A stretch of DNA of 64,000 nucleotides from an uncultured Bifidobacterium sp. (GCA_964513585.1 CAZENK010000002.1:14293-78292); one strand, 5' to 3'. Counted from the first letter of the stretch, positions 9,064 to 18,050 are shown. Translations and numbers: made by a program. Notes: generated by a model not told the origin, from the letters alone.

Positions 9064-9837
9064 TCACTTGTGTGCGGGGCACACGTTGATCTTCTTGTAG
9101 TGGCACCAGTCGCACAGCTTCGTGACGTTGCAGTGGAAGTCTCCGGTGCCGCACGCGGCATCGAGGTTCTCCTTGGTCTCCACGATCGTTCCCTTGGCGA
9201 TCGAGAGCTTGACCGGGGTGGCCTCGAGTTCGAGCTTCGTCGACGACGTGAGGTACAGCAACTCGAGCTTGTTCGTGGGCACCCCGTCGGAGGCCTCGAG
9301 CATGAGGGCATAGGTGAGCAACTGGAAGAAGATCTCGTCCTCTGACTTGTAGCGCGGGTCGGGCACCTTGCCCGTCTTGTAGTCCGAGATGATCGCCGAC
9401 TGCTCGTCATCGATGACAAGACGGTCGATGAAGCCGAGCAGTTGCACGCCCTCGACGTCGGTCACGACCTTCATCTCCATCTCGTCGAGGTCGGTCTCGG
9501 CCGGGTCCTCGAGGTTCCACAGGTTGACCATGTTCTTGAAGGCTGCAACCTTGAAGTCCTTGATGCTGCCGAGGGGCTCGGCAAGTGCGAGCACCTTCTC
9601 CTCCCATTCCTTCTCGGCCCACAGCTGTCCGGCCAGGGTTTTCACCGAGTCGACGGTGCGTTCCTCGTGGGGAAGCTTGTACAGGTGCTCGAGCACCTCA
9701 TGAACGAACGACCCGAGGTGCAGGTGCCATGTGGGCGGCTCCTTGATCTTGTCGAACCGGTTGATCTTGAACTTCTGCGGGCAGTCGATGAAGGTGCGGA
9801 TCGACGAGGGGGAGAGATACTCGGGTGGCGTGTACAC
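9064..9837 (-). CDS. PD-(D/E)XK nuclease, RecB/Cas4-like with Fe-S cluster cysteines
   Basis: Nuclease motifs GFIDRL, ISDYKTGK and QLLTYA. One N-terminal Cys (IDCPQKF) plus the C-terminal CDWCHYKKINVC pattern match the Cas4/AddB-type iron-staple arrangement. Codon position 3 is strongly G/C, as in native genes. Confidence 0.75.
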   Translation of the reverse strand: MYTPPEYLSPSSIRTFIDCPQKFKINRFDKIKEPPTWHLHLGSFVHEVLEHLYKLPHEERTVDSVKTLAGQLWAEKEWEEKVLALAEPLGSIKDFKVAAFKNMVNLWNLEDPAETDLDEMEMKVVTDVEGVQLLGFIDRLVIDDEQSAIISDYKTGKVPDPRYKSEDEIFFQLLTYALMLEASDGVPTNKLELLYLTSSTKLELEATPVKLSIAKGTIVETKENLDAACGTGDFHCNVTKLCDWCHYKKINVCPAHK

Positions 9838-9873
9838 GTGGTCAGTCTTGCACCCCGGTGTGCCGGTGGCGGG

Positions 9874-10149
9874 CTATGACGCGTGGCTGAGCAAGTCGCA
9901 CTGCTCCTCGAGTGTGACTGTGCGTGTCGCGGTGAAGAGGGGGAGCTCCGGGTTCCTTGAATCAGCGGTGCGGGAGTCGACACTTGCCTCGCGCCTCACT
10001 GTGATCCACAGACTGGCTGGCGGGAACGAGAACATTGCCAGTTGCAACATCGTCCCCGAGGCGCTCGATGCCAGGTATGCGCCGAGACCCAATGAGGCGA
10101 GAGCAAGACCGACAGATTCCAGACGCGCCGAACGTACACGGTTGTTCAT
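9874..10149 (-). CDS. hypothetical small protein with two hydrophobic segments (doubtful gene)
   Basis: 91-aa ORF co-directional with the nuclease gene, ending 36 nt before it. Codon position 3 is G/C in only about 35 of the first 53 codons by hand count, which is atypical for this genome. No SD motif is obvious. Confidence 0.25.
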   Translation of the reverse strand: MNNRVRSARLESVGLALASLGLGAYLASSASGTMLQLAMFSFPPASLWITVRREASVDSRTADSRNPELPLFTATRTVTLEEQCDLLSHAS

Positions 10150-10164
10150 GCCCCAACAGTGACG

Positions 10165-10206
10165 AACCCGGGTGTCGCCGAGGTGAACCAGGGTGCAACC
10201 AGGGTG
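10165..10206. repeat. three phased copies of AACC(C/A)GGGTG
   Basis: AACCCGGGTG at 10165-10174, AACCAGGGTG at 10186-10195 and AACCAGGGTG at 10197-10206, spaced 21 nt and 11 nt. On the minus strand the array reads ..GGTTGCACCCTGGTTCACCTCGG... Confidence 0.6.
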
Positions 10207-10359
10207 GAATCGTGAGCGAACTCCTGGGGTCGGAGAAACATGTGCAAAAGGGTAGTTGTATCCCTAAATCCCTATTAGAGTACGTCAGACCATATTTGAC
10301 AGACCCTTTCCGTACCGTGCAGTCGTCCGAACGAGTCAGTCCCCAGAAGGAGAAACACC

Positions 10360-11268
10360 ATGTCATTTGCAACTCTCAAATCAGCCGTCATCGGCCAGCC
10401 CATCCGTCGAGGGGGAGTCTCGCTGTTCCCCGTGTACTTCGAGTCCTCGAAGCGCTCCGGCGCCGCGGTGGCCGATGACTCACTTATGGTCTCCGAACTG
10501 GAGTCAGCCAGCGTGCCGCAGTTGCAGGTCACGAACCTCAAGGACACCCCGGTCATCATCCCTGCCGGTCGCGTGCTCGAGGGCGGGCGCCAGACGCGCA
10601 CGGTCAACGTGTCGATCCTCGTGCCCGCCGGTGCGACTCTCACCATCCCGGTGTCGTGCGTGGAAGCGGGTCGCTGGCACGGTGGGTCACACTTCCGTGA
10701 CTCGAAGCGCGTCGCGGGTCGCAACGTGCGCATGGCCAAGCAGCGCGGGGTGAAGTCGAGCATCGACCGTCATCTGGGCAAGTACTCCGACCAGGGCGCG
10801 GTGTGGAACTCGATCTCGTTCGAGTTGCAGAGCCGTTCCATCGAGCACGAGTCGAGCAACTACCTCGCCGCTGACCACTACGTCGAACAGGACCGTCGCC
10901 GCTCCGAGATGCTCAACGAGTTCCTGAACGTCGGACTCGAGCCCGGTCAGACCGGTGTCGCAGTGGCCTACGGCAACGCCGTGGCCGGTGTCGAGGTGTT
11001 CACGAGCGTGAACGACCTGGTCCAGAGCTGGGAAACCCTGGTGCGTTCCGCTGTCCTGGATGCGCCCGAAGGTCTGACGGAGGATGTCACCGTGGACATC
11101 GCGGCAGTGGAGACCTTCCTCGCTGAGATCGCATCACAGGAGGCCTCCGTGGCCGGGGGGACCGGGCTCGGTGTGGAGTACCACGTGGCGAACGAGCGTG
11201 TCGTTGCGCACGCCCTGCTCGACGACGATGGCGAGCTCATGCACGCCTACGCATTTGCCGAGATCTAG
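10360..11268 (+). CDS. uncharacterised protein, DUF6569/ARPP-1-like (assignment from memory)
   Basis: AAGGAG lies 8 nt upstream of the ATG. 302 aa. Conserved-looking blocks: VSLFPVY, LQVTNLKDTPVIIPAGRVLEGGRQTRTVN, IPVSCVEAGRW, QGAVWNSI, GQTGVAVAYGNAVAGVEVF. Confidence 0.5.
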   Translation: MSFATLKSAVIGQPIRRGGVSLFPVYFESSKRSGAAVADDSLMVSELESASVPQLQVTNLKDTPVIIPAGRVLEGGRQTRTVNVSILVPAGATLTIPVSCVEAGRWHGGSHFRDSKRVAGRNVRMAKQRGVKSSIDRHLGKYSDQGAVWNSISFELQSRSIEHESSNYLAADHYVEQDRRRSEMLNEFLNVGLEPGQTGVAVAYGNAVAGVEVFTSVNDLVQSWETLVRSAVLDAPEGLTEDVTVDIAAVETFLAEIASQEASVAGGTGLGVEYHVANERVVAHALLDDDGELMHAYAFAEI

Positions 11269-12263
11269 TTGCTGACGATCCCGCCGAGGGCGCCGCGTGC
11301 CCGGACACGGTCGATGAAGTCCAGCTCATAGGCCGACCATGGGTCCTTGCGGACCTCGTCGTCGATCACCTTGGCATCGTCACCCACGAGGATGCGCCAG
11401 TCACCCCGTGCAACGCACTCGAGTATGTACCTCGATGCATCTGCTGCGCTCGTGGGGGCATTGTCGCGGAACCCCTCCGCCCCCATCTGCAGCAGGACCC
11501 GCAGGTCCTCGTCGCTCACCGATGACGTGTCGACGCCCTGGCGCTCGAACCGGTCACGCACCCTCTCCAGTTGTTCCGCTGACATCTCCTTCGGGTCGTT
11601 GCCGTGCAGTTTGCCCGAGTTGATCGCAATGTCGGTCCCGATGTGACCGGGCATCACCACGTGTGCACGGAGGTGCGGTGCGTTCATGCGGAAGTCGGTG
11701 ATGAGTGCCTCGGTGAAGCCCTTCACCGCGAACTTGGCGGCGCTGTAGGCCGAGTGCGAGACCCCGGGGCCGAGCGACGCCCAGAAACCGTTGATCGAGC
11801 TCGTGTTCACGAGATGCCCGAACGGTGCGGCAAGAAGCAAGGGCATGAAGGCACGCGTGTTGAGGTACACGCCGCCCCAGCACACGTCGAACGTCTTCTC
11901 CCAGCCGTCGCGGGGGTCCTCGACCAGGCTGCCGCCGCCCCCGATGCCCGCGTTGTTGAAGAGCAGGTTGATGTGCGGTGTCCATGCCGCAACGGCATCA
12001 CGGAACGCGAGCACCTGGGCCTCGTCCGACACGTCCGCCACGTGCGTCAGGATCCGGCCGCTGTTGCCGTCCTTCGTGCACACATCGACGGTCTCGGCCA
12101 GTGCGGCGGCATTCACGTCGCACGTTGCAACGTTGCATCCCTGCGCCGTGAGCTGTCTCACCAGTTCGCGGCCCATCCCGGTGCCGCCGCCTGTGACCAC
12201 CGCCGTGAGCCCGCCATAGCCGTTCCCCAAGTTCCCCGACACGATTCCCCCTTGTGCGTGCAT
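11265..12263 (-). CDS. short-chain dehydrogenase/reductase (SDR) family oxidoreductase
   Basis: VTGGGTGMGRE cofactor motif and catalytic YSAAKFAV (YxxxK). 332 aa. Confidence 0.8.
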   Translation of the reverse strand: MHAQGGIVSGNLGNGYGGLTAVVTGGGTGMGRELVRQLTAQGCNVATCDVNAAALAETVDVCTKDGNSGRILTHVADVSDEAQVLAFRDAVAAWTPHINLLFNNAGIGGGGSLVEDPRDGWEKTFDVCWGGVYLNTRAFMPLLLAAPFGHLVNTSSINGFWASLGPGVSHSAYSAAKFAVKGFTEALITDFRMNAPHLRAHVVMPGHIGTDIAINSGKLHGNDPKEMSAEQLERVRDRFERQGVDTSSVSDEDLRVLLQMGAEGFRDNAPTSAADASRYILECVARGDWRILVGDDAKVIDDEVRKDPWSAYELDFIDRVRARGALGGIVSN

Positions 12264-12315
12264 CAGTGCATCCGCAGATTAGCCCTGTGCCCCTCTGCAG
12301 ACAGAGGCCGGGAGG

Positions 12316-14457
12316 TCAGTCAGGTCGTGGTCGCATCCACGGCATGAAGCGGTGAAGCACGTTGGTGTCGCGCACGGTCTCGGTGGTGATGTCGGTGTCG
12401 AACCGGCTCACTCGGCCACGCACCTGCTGCAGTTCTGTTGCCCACTTCATGAGCCGGTGCTGCGGGTCGGCATCCTCGGTGAACCGGATCGACCGGGTCC
12501 ATCTGTTGTCACGGCCGAGGTCGAACGCCGACACGTCCTCGCCCCAGTGGATCTCGAGAACCTTGTCGATCCATGCCTGGTGCTTCTCATGGTGGACCGG
12601 TGTGAGCACCTCGATGCGAAGGTCGAGGTTGCGCTGCATCATGTCCGGTGAACCGATGAAGTACGCGGGTCCGTCTGCATCGCCGCCGTGGCCGAATCGG
12701 TAGATGCGCGAGTGCTCGAGGTAGCGGCCGAGAATCGACCGCACCCGGATGGGCAGGCCCTCGACCGCCTTCATGTTCAGGCAGCAGATGCCGCGCACGA
12801 GAAGATCGACCTGTACGCCGCGCCGGGCGGCACCGACGAGCATCGTGATCACGTCGGGGTCCACGAGCGAGTTCATCTTGAAGCTGATGCGACCGTCCGC
12901 ACCGAAACTGGCCTCGTGCTCGATGAGGGCATTGATGCGCGAACGCAGGTGCTCCGGTGCGACGACCAGTTCCGAGTACTCCGGTGACTTGCTGAACCCC
13001 GTCAGGTAGTTGAACAGGTTCGAGACATCGGACGTGATCGCCTCGTCATCGGTGAAGTACCCGATGTCCTCGTAGAAGCGGGCCGTGGTGGAGTTGTAAT
13101 TGCCCGTGCCGATGTGGGCGTAGCGCTTCAGGCCCGATTCCTCCTCGCGCACCACCAGCAGGCACTTTGCGTGCGTCTTCAGCCCGACCATTCCGTACAC
13201 CACGTGGGCACCGGCACGTTCCAGCTCCTTTGCCCACGTCACGTTGGTCTGCTCGTCGAATCGTGCAGTGAGTTCCACCAGTGCGACGACCTGCACACCG
13301 CGCTCTGCGGCGAGCACGAGGTTGCGGGCGATGGGGCTGTCTGCCGAGGTGCGGTACAGGGTGGCCTTAATCGCGCGCACGCGCGGGTCGTTGGCCGCCT
13401 GCTGGATGAAATCCTCGGTCGAGGTGGAGAACGACTCGAAGGGGTGGTGCACCATGAGGTCACGGTGGCGGAGCACGCTGAAGAAGCTGTGCCCGGCGTC
13501 GCTTGCGGCCGACAGTCGCCCTGCAGTGATCGAGACCCACGGCGGATCGTGCAGGGACTCGTCGGGAATGCGGTGCAGCTGCCACAGCTCGGTGCCGCCC
13601 ACGAACCAGTCGTGGCGGTACACGTCGTCGGCATCCAGCTCGAGTTCCTCGAGGATCATCGCGAGCACGTCATCTGGCATCGAGCGGGTGATCTCGAGGC
13701 GAACTGCATTGCCGAAACGTCTGCGGCGCAGTTCGAGCTCGACCATCTCGAGCAGGTCCTCGGCTTCCTCGCTGTCGATCGACAGGTCGGTGTTGCGTGT
13801 CACGCGGAACACCGCCGGCGTGCCCACGCGCATCCCGGGGAACAGCGACCCGAGCCGTTCGGAGATCACGCCCTCGAGCGGCACGTGACGGCGGTTGCCC
13901 AGGTCGATGAAACGGGGGATGGTGTCGGGCACCTTCACGCGCGCAAAACGGGTGGTGTCGGTCTCGGTGTCGGTGACAGTGACACCGATACTGACCGCAA
14001 GATTCGAGATGTAGGGGAAGGGGTGCGTGGGGTCCACGGCGAGCGGTGTGAGGATCGGGAGGATCTCCTTCTCGAAGTAACCGTCGAGGAAATGCGATTC
14101 GGCCGGCTCGAGTTCCGCAGCCTTGACCACCGTGTGACCCGCACCGCGCAGCCTGGTCATGAGTTCGTCGAGCACACGGTCGCGACGCTCGACCAACTCG
14201 AGTGTCTTCGCACGGATGGCGAGCAACTGCTGGGTGGGTGTCATGCCGTCGAAGCTGGTGGCGGTGATTCCCGATTCGACGCGGTCGTGCAGTGCACCGA
14301 CCCGCACCTGGAAGAACTCGTCGAGGTTCGAGGAGAAGATGGCGACGAACTTTACACGCTCGAGAAGCGGTATGCCGTCGTCCTCGGCGAACGACAGCAC
14401 CCGCTGGTTGAAGTCGAGCCAGCTGAGTTCGCGGTTGACGAACGGGTTCTCGGCCAT
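12316..14457 (-). CDS. ppk: polyphosphate kinase 1
   Basis: N-terminus MAENPFVNRELSWLDFNQRVL and PLD-like His motif LKTHAKCLLVV. About 713 aa from the ATG at 14457. Confidence 0.9.
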   Translation of the reverse strand: MAENPFVNRELSWLDFNQRVLSFAEDDGIPLLERVKFVAIFSSNLDEFFQVRVGALHDRVESGITATSFDGMTPTQQLLAIRAKTLELVERRDRVLDELMTRLRGAGHTVVKAAELEPAESHFLDGYFEKEILPILTPLAVDPTHPFPYISNLAVSIGVTVTDTETDTTRFARVKVPDTIPRFIDLGNRRHVPLEGVISERLGSLFPGMRVGTPAVFRVTRNTDLSIDSEEAEDLLEMVELELRRRRFGNAVRLEITRSMPDDVLAMILEELELDADDVYRHDWFVGGTELWQLHRIPDESLHDPPWVSITAGRLSAASDAGHSFFSVLRHRDLMVHHPFESFSTSTEDFIQQAANDPRVRAIKATLYRTSADSPIARNLVLAAERGVQVVALVELTARFDEQTNVTWAKELERAGAHVVYGMVGLKTHAKCLLVVREEESGLKRYAHIGTGNYNSTTARFYEDIGYFTDDEAITSDVSNLFNYLTGFSKSPEYSELVVAPEHLRSRINALIEHEASFGADGRISFKMNSLVDPDVITMLVGAARRGVQVDLLVRGICCLNMKAVEGLPIRVRSILGRYLEHSRIYRFGHGGDADGPAYFIGSPDMMQRNLDLRIEVLTPVHHEKHQAWIDKVLEIHWGEDVSAFDLGRDNRWTRSIRFTEDADPQHRLMKWATELQQVRGRVSRFDTDITTETVRDTNVLHRFMPWMRPRPD

Positions 14458-14505
14458 GTCACAACGGTACAAACCCGTACGGCCGTCTTGCTCGCGCACG
14501 GGCGG

Positions 14506-14552
14506 ATTCGTGGTGCTCGTTCACCGAGAATTCGGTGTGCCGTTACCTAGAG
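14506..14552. promoter_or_regulatory. possible PHO-box-like direct repeats in the ppk/ppx divergent intergenic region
   Basis: ATTCG (14506), GTTCACC (14519), ATTCG (14530) and GTTAC (14542), spaced 13, 11 and 12 nt. Only one unit matches the GTTCACC core. Confidence 0.3.
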
Positions 14553-14559
14553 TGGGGCC

Positions 14560-16134
14560 ATGGCGGACACGACGACCACTGTGCAGAGCGTGGTGGTTGC
14601 TGCCATCGACATCGGCACCAACAGCGTGCACATGGTGATCGCAGACGTCGACCGCCTCGGCTTCCACATCGTGACGTCCGAGAAGGAAGTGGTCAGGCTC
14701 GGGTCGGGGGTGTCGGGTTTCGACCATCTTGCCGACGATGCGATGGACCGTGGCGTCGCGGCACTGAGGCGCATGAAGCAGATCGCGAACGCCCACTCGG
14801 CGATCATCCGTGCCGTTGCCACCAGTGCCGTGCGCGAGGCCGACAACGGCGATGATTTCATCCGGCGCGTGAGGTCAGAGGTGGGCATCGACGTCGATGT
14901 CATCTCCGGTTCGGAGGAGGCCCGCCTCATCGCACTCGGCGTGAGGCAGTCGCTCGCGCTCGGCGACGACCAGGTGCTCATGATCGACATCGGGGGTGGG
15001 TCCACCGAGTTCACCGTGTCGTGCGGCAGCCGTACACGCATCTCGCAGAGCCTGAAGCTCGGTGCCGTGCGGCTGACCGACAGGTTCCTGGCCGGGCGTG
15101 ACCAGCACAGTGCAGTGGAGAAGATGCGCGCCTACGTCGCCTCGACCTTTGCACCGCTCGCCAACGACGTGCGCCGCGAGGGTTTCTCGCGCGTGATCGT
15201 CTCGTCCGGCACGTGTGAGACCATCGTGCGCTCCGCTCTACTCATGCGCGGGCGCGACCTGACGGGAACACTCAACGGTCAGGTCATCATGCGCAGCGAC
15301 ATCGATGCAGTTGTCGATGCGATCGCACAGGAGCCGGACGTGGCAGGCATAGCCCGCATCCCGGGCATCGACGGCAAACGTGCCGAGATCATCCGGGCCG
15401 GCTCGGTGCTGCTGCAGGAGATCTGTCGTGTGCTGAGGGTCGACCAGATCGAGTACAGCGACTTTGCGCTGCGTGAAGGGGTGCTGTTCGACGCGGCAGA
15501 GCAACTGCTCGGCATGAGACTGTCGCGCAGGGATGCCGCCCGCGACGGCGTGCTCAGGTTCGCGCGCCGGTGTTCTGTCGACGTGCAGCACTCGGAGCAC
15601 GTGGCGAAACTGTCGCTCGACATCTTCCGGTCGCTGGGTGAGCATTTCGAGCTCGACGAGCGTCTCGCGCCGGTGCTCGAGGCCGCGGCGATCCTGTCGA
15701 ACGTGGGTGCATCGATCTCGTACTCGCGGCACCACCTTCACTCGTACTACATGATCCGCAACGCGGACCTGGTCGGCTTCACCGACGACGACATCGAGCT
15801 CGTCGCACTCGCCGCCCGCTACCACCGCAAGGGCAACCCGAAGAAGTCCCACCCCGAGTACGCCGCCCTCGACGAGGACCGCCGTCACGATGTCGATCTG
15901 CTGGCGGGCATCCTGCGCGTCGCGACCGGGCTCGACCGTTCGCACGACCAGTGCATCACGCGCGTGCGAGCGAAGGTGGAGCCGGCGGGGGACGGTGACG
16001 TGGTGCGCCTCGTGGTCTCGAGTGCGTGCGAGAACGACGAGAAGCTCGAGCTCAACCTGTACACGGCACAGGAGCGCACGTCACTGCTGGACGAGTACCT
16101 CGGTGTGCCCGTTGTGCTGACGCCGAAGCGGTAG
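14560..16134 (+). CDS. ppx: Ppx/GppA family exopolyphosphatase with C-terminal HD-like domain
   Basis: AAIDIGTNSVHMVIA and DIGGGSTEF ASKHA-fold phosphate motifs. 524 aa. Divergent from ppk. Confidence 0.85.
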   Translation: MADTTTTVQSVVVAAIDIGTNSVHMVIADVDRLGFHIVTSEKEVVRLGSGVSGFDHLADDAMDRGVAALRRMKQIANAHSAIIRAVATSAVREADNGDDFIRRVRSEVGIDVDVISGSEEARLIALGVRQSLALGDDQVLMIDIGGGSTEFTVSCGSRTRISQSLKLGAVRLTDRFLAGRDQHSAVEKMRAYVASTFAPLANDVRREGFSRVIVSSGTCETIVRSALLMRGRDLTGTLNGQVIMRSDIDAVVDAIAQEPDVAGIARIPGIDGKRAEIIRAGSVLLQEICRVLRVDQIEYSDFALREGVLFDAAEQLLGMRLSRRDAARDGVLRFARRCSVDVQHSEHVAKLSLDIFRSLGEHFELDERLAPVLEAAAILSNVGASISYSRHHLHSYYMIRNADLVGFTDDDIELVALAARYHRKGNPKKSHPEYAALDEDRRHDVDLLAGILRVATGLDRSHDQCITRVRAKVEPAGDGDVVRLVVSSACENDEKLELNLYTAQERTSLLDEYLGVPVVLTPKR

Positions 16135-16148
16135 CAACCGCGGTTCGT

Positions 16149-18050
16149 TCAGGGTTCCACCACGTGGAAACTGACGACGAAGGTGTCGAGGTTGCCGAAG
16201 ATCGTGAGGAGCGCTGCAGGGTCACCGTCGAGTGTGATGTTGCCTGCCTGGATCTCGTCCATGAAGGTGGTCTCCTGCGTCACCACTGCCACGAGGGTGA
16301 GCCGTGAGAGCGTGACCGTCACCGCTGCGCGTTCGTCATGCCTGCCCTGCACGTGGAACAGCGTGCGGTTCGACAGACCGAGGACCCACTTCTCGTCGAG
16401 ATCGGTGAAGGTCCAGTTCACGAACAGTCTCTGCCCGCCGACTTCCTCTGACTTGAGCCGAACAGCGATCGCATCGAAGACCTGCTCGACCGACATCGCC
16501 CGCAGCAGGCCCTTCCCGCGCCCGGCGCCCCCCAGCAGGGTCGGGGGCCCCTGCCTGAGTTCCTGTGCACCGTTCAGGTACGCATTGCGGAACGTCGACG
16601 ACTCGGCCTGGTACCCGAGTTGTTCGAGCGTGTCGGCCTGCAGCTCGCGGGCCGCGGCGTTCGTCGGGTCTGCAAACACGAGGTGGTTCACGAGTTCGGC
16701 AACCCAGCGGTAGTCGCCGGCGTCGAACGCGCGACGGGCCTTCTCGAGCAGTGCATCGGCGCCCCCCGCCAGTTCCACGTAGCGCTTGCCGGCCTCGACC
16801 GGCGGGTGCTTGTGCAGGTTGGCCGGGTTGCCGTCGTACCAACTGAGGTACCGCTGGTACACGGCCTTTGCGTTGTGCACGAGGTCGCCGTAGAAGCCGC
16901 GTGTGTGCTCGTTGGCGAGGAACTCTGCCGGCAGTTCCAGGTGCTCGGCAATCTCGGTGGGCACGAGCCCGTGGTTCGCGTGGCGCATGGTCTGGTCGTG
17001 CATCCACTTGTACAGGTCACGCTGCTTCTCGAGGAAGTCGGTCAGGTCGTCGTTGCCCCAGCGCGGCCAGTTGTGCGAGGTGAACAGCACGTCTGCATCC
17101 GAACCGAAGAGCTCGAGGGCCTCGTTGATGTACTTCGACCAGTTCATCGCATTGCGCACGAGTGCACCGCGGATCGGGATCAGGTTGTGCATCGTGTGGC
17201 TGCAGTTCTCCGCCATGCAGAGCGCCTTGAGGTCGGGGAAGTAGAAGTTCATCTCCGCCGGCGCCTCCGACTCGGGCGTCAACTGGAACACCACGCGGAC
17301 ACCGTCGATGACCATCTCCTCGCCAGTGCGGGTGATGTCGTGCGTCGGTGCGATCAGACCGGGGGGACCCACGGGAATGTACGTGCCGAGACCGCAGTCG
17401 ACGTGACCGGTGGGGCCCGGCGGCACGAACGGCCCGAACTGGAACAGCGCACGACGCCCCATTGCGGGGCCGGCGATCACGTTCTCACCGACAGTCTCGT
17501 GCATGAAGTGCTCGGGCGCCACGACGATACAGCGCCCTGATTCGACGTCGTCCTCCGAGATGATCCCGAGCACGCCGCCGAAGTGGTCGGTGTGCGAGTG
17601 CGTGTAGATCACGGCCGTGATCGGTCGGTGGCCGATCTTCTCGGTGATCAGGTCGTAGCTGTCGCGGGCGGTCTGTGCCGTGGTGAGGGGGTCGATCACG
17701 ATCCATCCCGTGTCGCCCTTTATGAAGGTGATGTTCGAGATGTCGTACCCACGCACCTGGTACACGTCAGGGCGCACCTCGAACAGGCCGTGCATGTTGT
17801 TCAGCTGCGCGTGGCGCCACAGACTTGGGTTCACGGTGTCGGGGGCGGGGTTGCCCTGTGCCAGGAACCCGTAGTTGTTGCGGTTCACCACCGTGCGCCC
17901 GTGGGCATCGACCACATGGCCGGTCGGGTGACTGGCGATGAACCCGCGTGTTGCCCGCTCGAAGTCGGCCGGGTCATCGATGACCGTGACTGCGGCATTC
18001 CTGCTGCGGGTGTGGTCGGTTGCTGGTTTGTGCGCGTGTGCGTCCGCCAT
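16149..18050 (-). CDS. alkyl/aryl-sulfatase, metallo-beta-lactamase fold (SdsA1/YjcS-like)
   Basis: MBL motif YTHSHTDHFGG, a long dimerisation region and an SCP2-like C-terminal part. The start is taken as MADAHAHK (ATG 18050). Confidence 0.8.
   Translation of the reverse strand: MADAHAHKPATDHTRSRNAAVTVIDDPADFERATRGFIASHPTGHVVDAHGRTVVNRNNYGFLAQGNPAPDTVNPSLWRHAQLNNMHGLFEVRPDVYQVRGYDISNITFIKGDTGWIVIDPLTTAQTARDSYDLITEKIGHRPITAVIYTHSHTDHFGGVLGIISEDDVESGRCIVVAPEHFMHETVGENVIAGPAMGRRALFQFGPFVPPGPTGHVDCGLGTYIPVGPPGLIAPTHDITRTGEEMVIDGVRVVFQLTPESEAPAEMNFYFPDLKALCMAENCSHTMHNLIPIRGALVRNAMNWSKYINEALELFGSDADVLFTSHNWPRWGNDDLTDFLEKQRDLYKWMHDQTMRHANHGLVPTEIAEHLELPAEFLANEHTRGFYGDLVHNAKAVYQRYLSWYDGNPANLHKHPPVEAGKRYVELAGGADALLEKARRAFDAGDYRWVAELVNHLVFADPTNAAARELQADTLEQLGYQAESSTFRNAYLNGAQELRQGPPTLLGGAGRGKGLLRAMSVEQVFDAIAVRLKSEEVGGQRLFVNWTFTDLDEKWVLGLSNRTLFHVQGRHDERAAVTVTLSRLTLVAVVTQETTFMDEIQAGNITLDGDPAALLTIFGNLDTFVVSFHVVEP

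Noticed and set aside
9064-9837. Nuclease gene as a horizontally acquired island because of its lower G+C
   Set aside because: Codon position 3 is strongly G/C, as in native genes. The lower overall G+C comes from the many Lys/Glu (AAG/GAG) codons. No integrase, tRNA or flanking direct repeats are present.
9838-10359. Possible RNase P RNA, SRP RNA or tmRNA in the long spacer
   Set aside because: I looked for GAGGAAAGTCCGG and ACAGAACCCGGCTTA (RNase P), GGAAGCAGCC (SRP) and a tRNA-like GGTTCGAATCC...CCA end (tmRNA) on both strands. Only loose partial resemblances appeared (for example GACGAACCCGGGTG and ATGACGCGTG). A covariance-model scan is still needed for other RNA classes.
13114-14550. 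478-aa ORF on the plus strand
   Set aside because: It is antisense to ppk, which has unambiguous family motifs. Its composition is typical of shadow ORFs in high-GC DNA.
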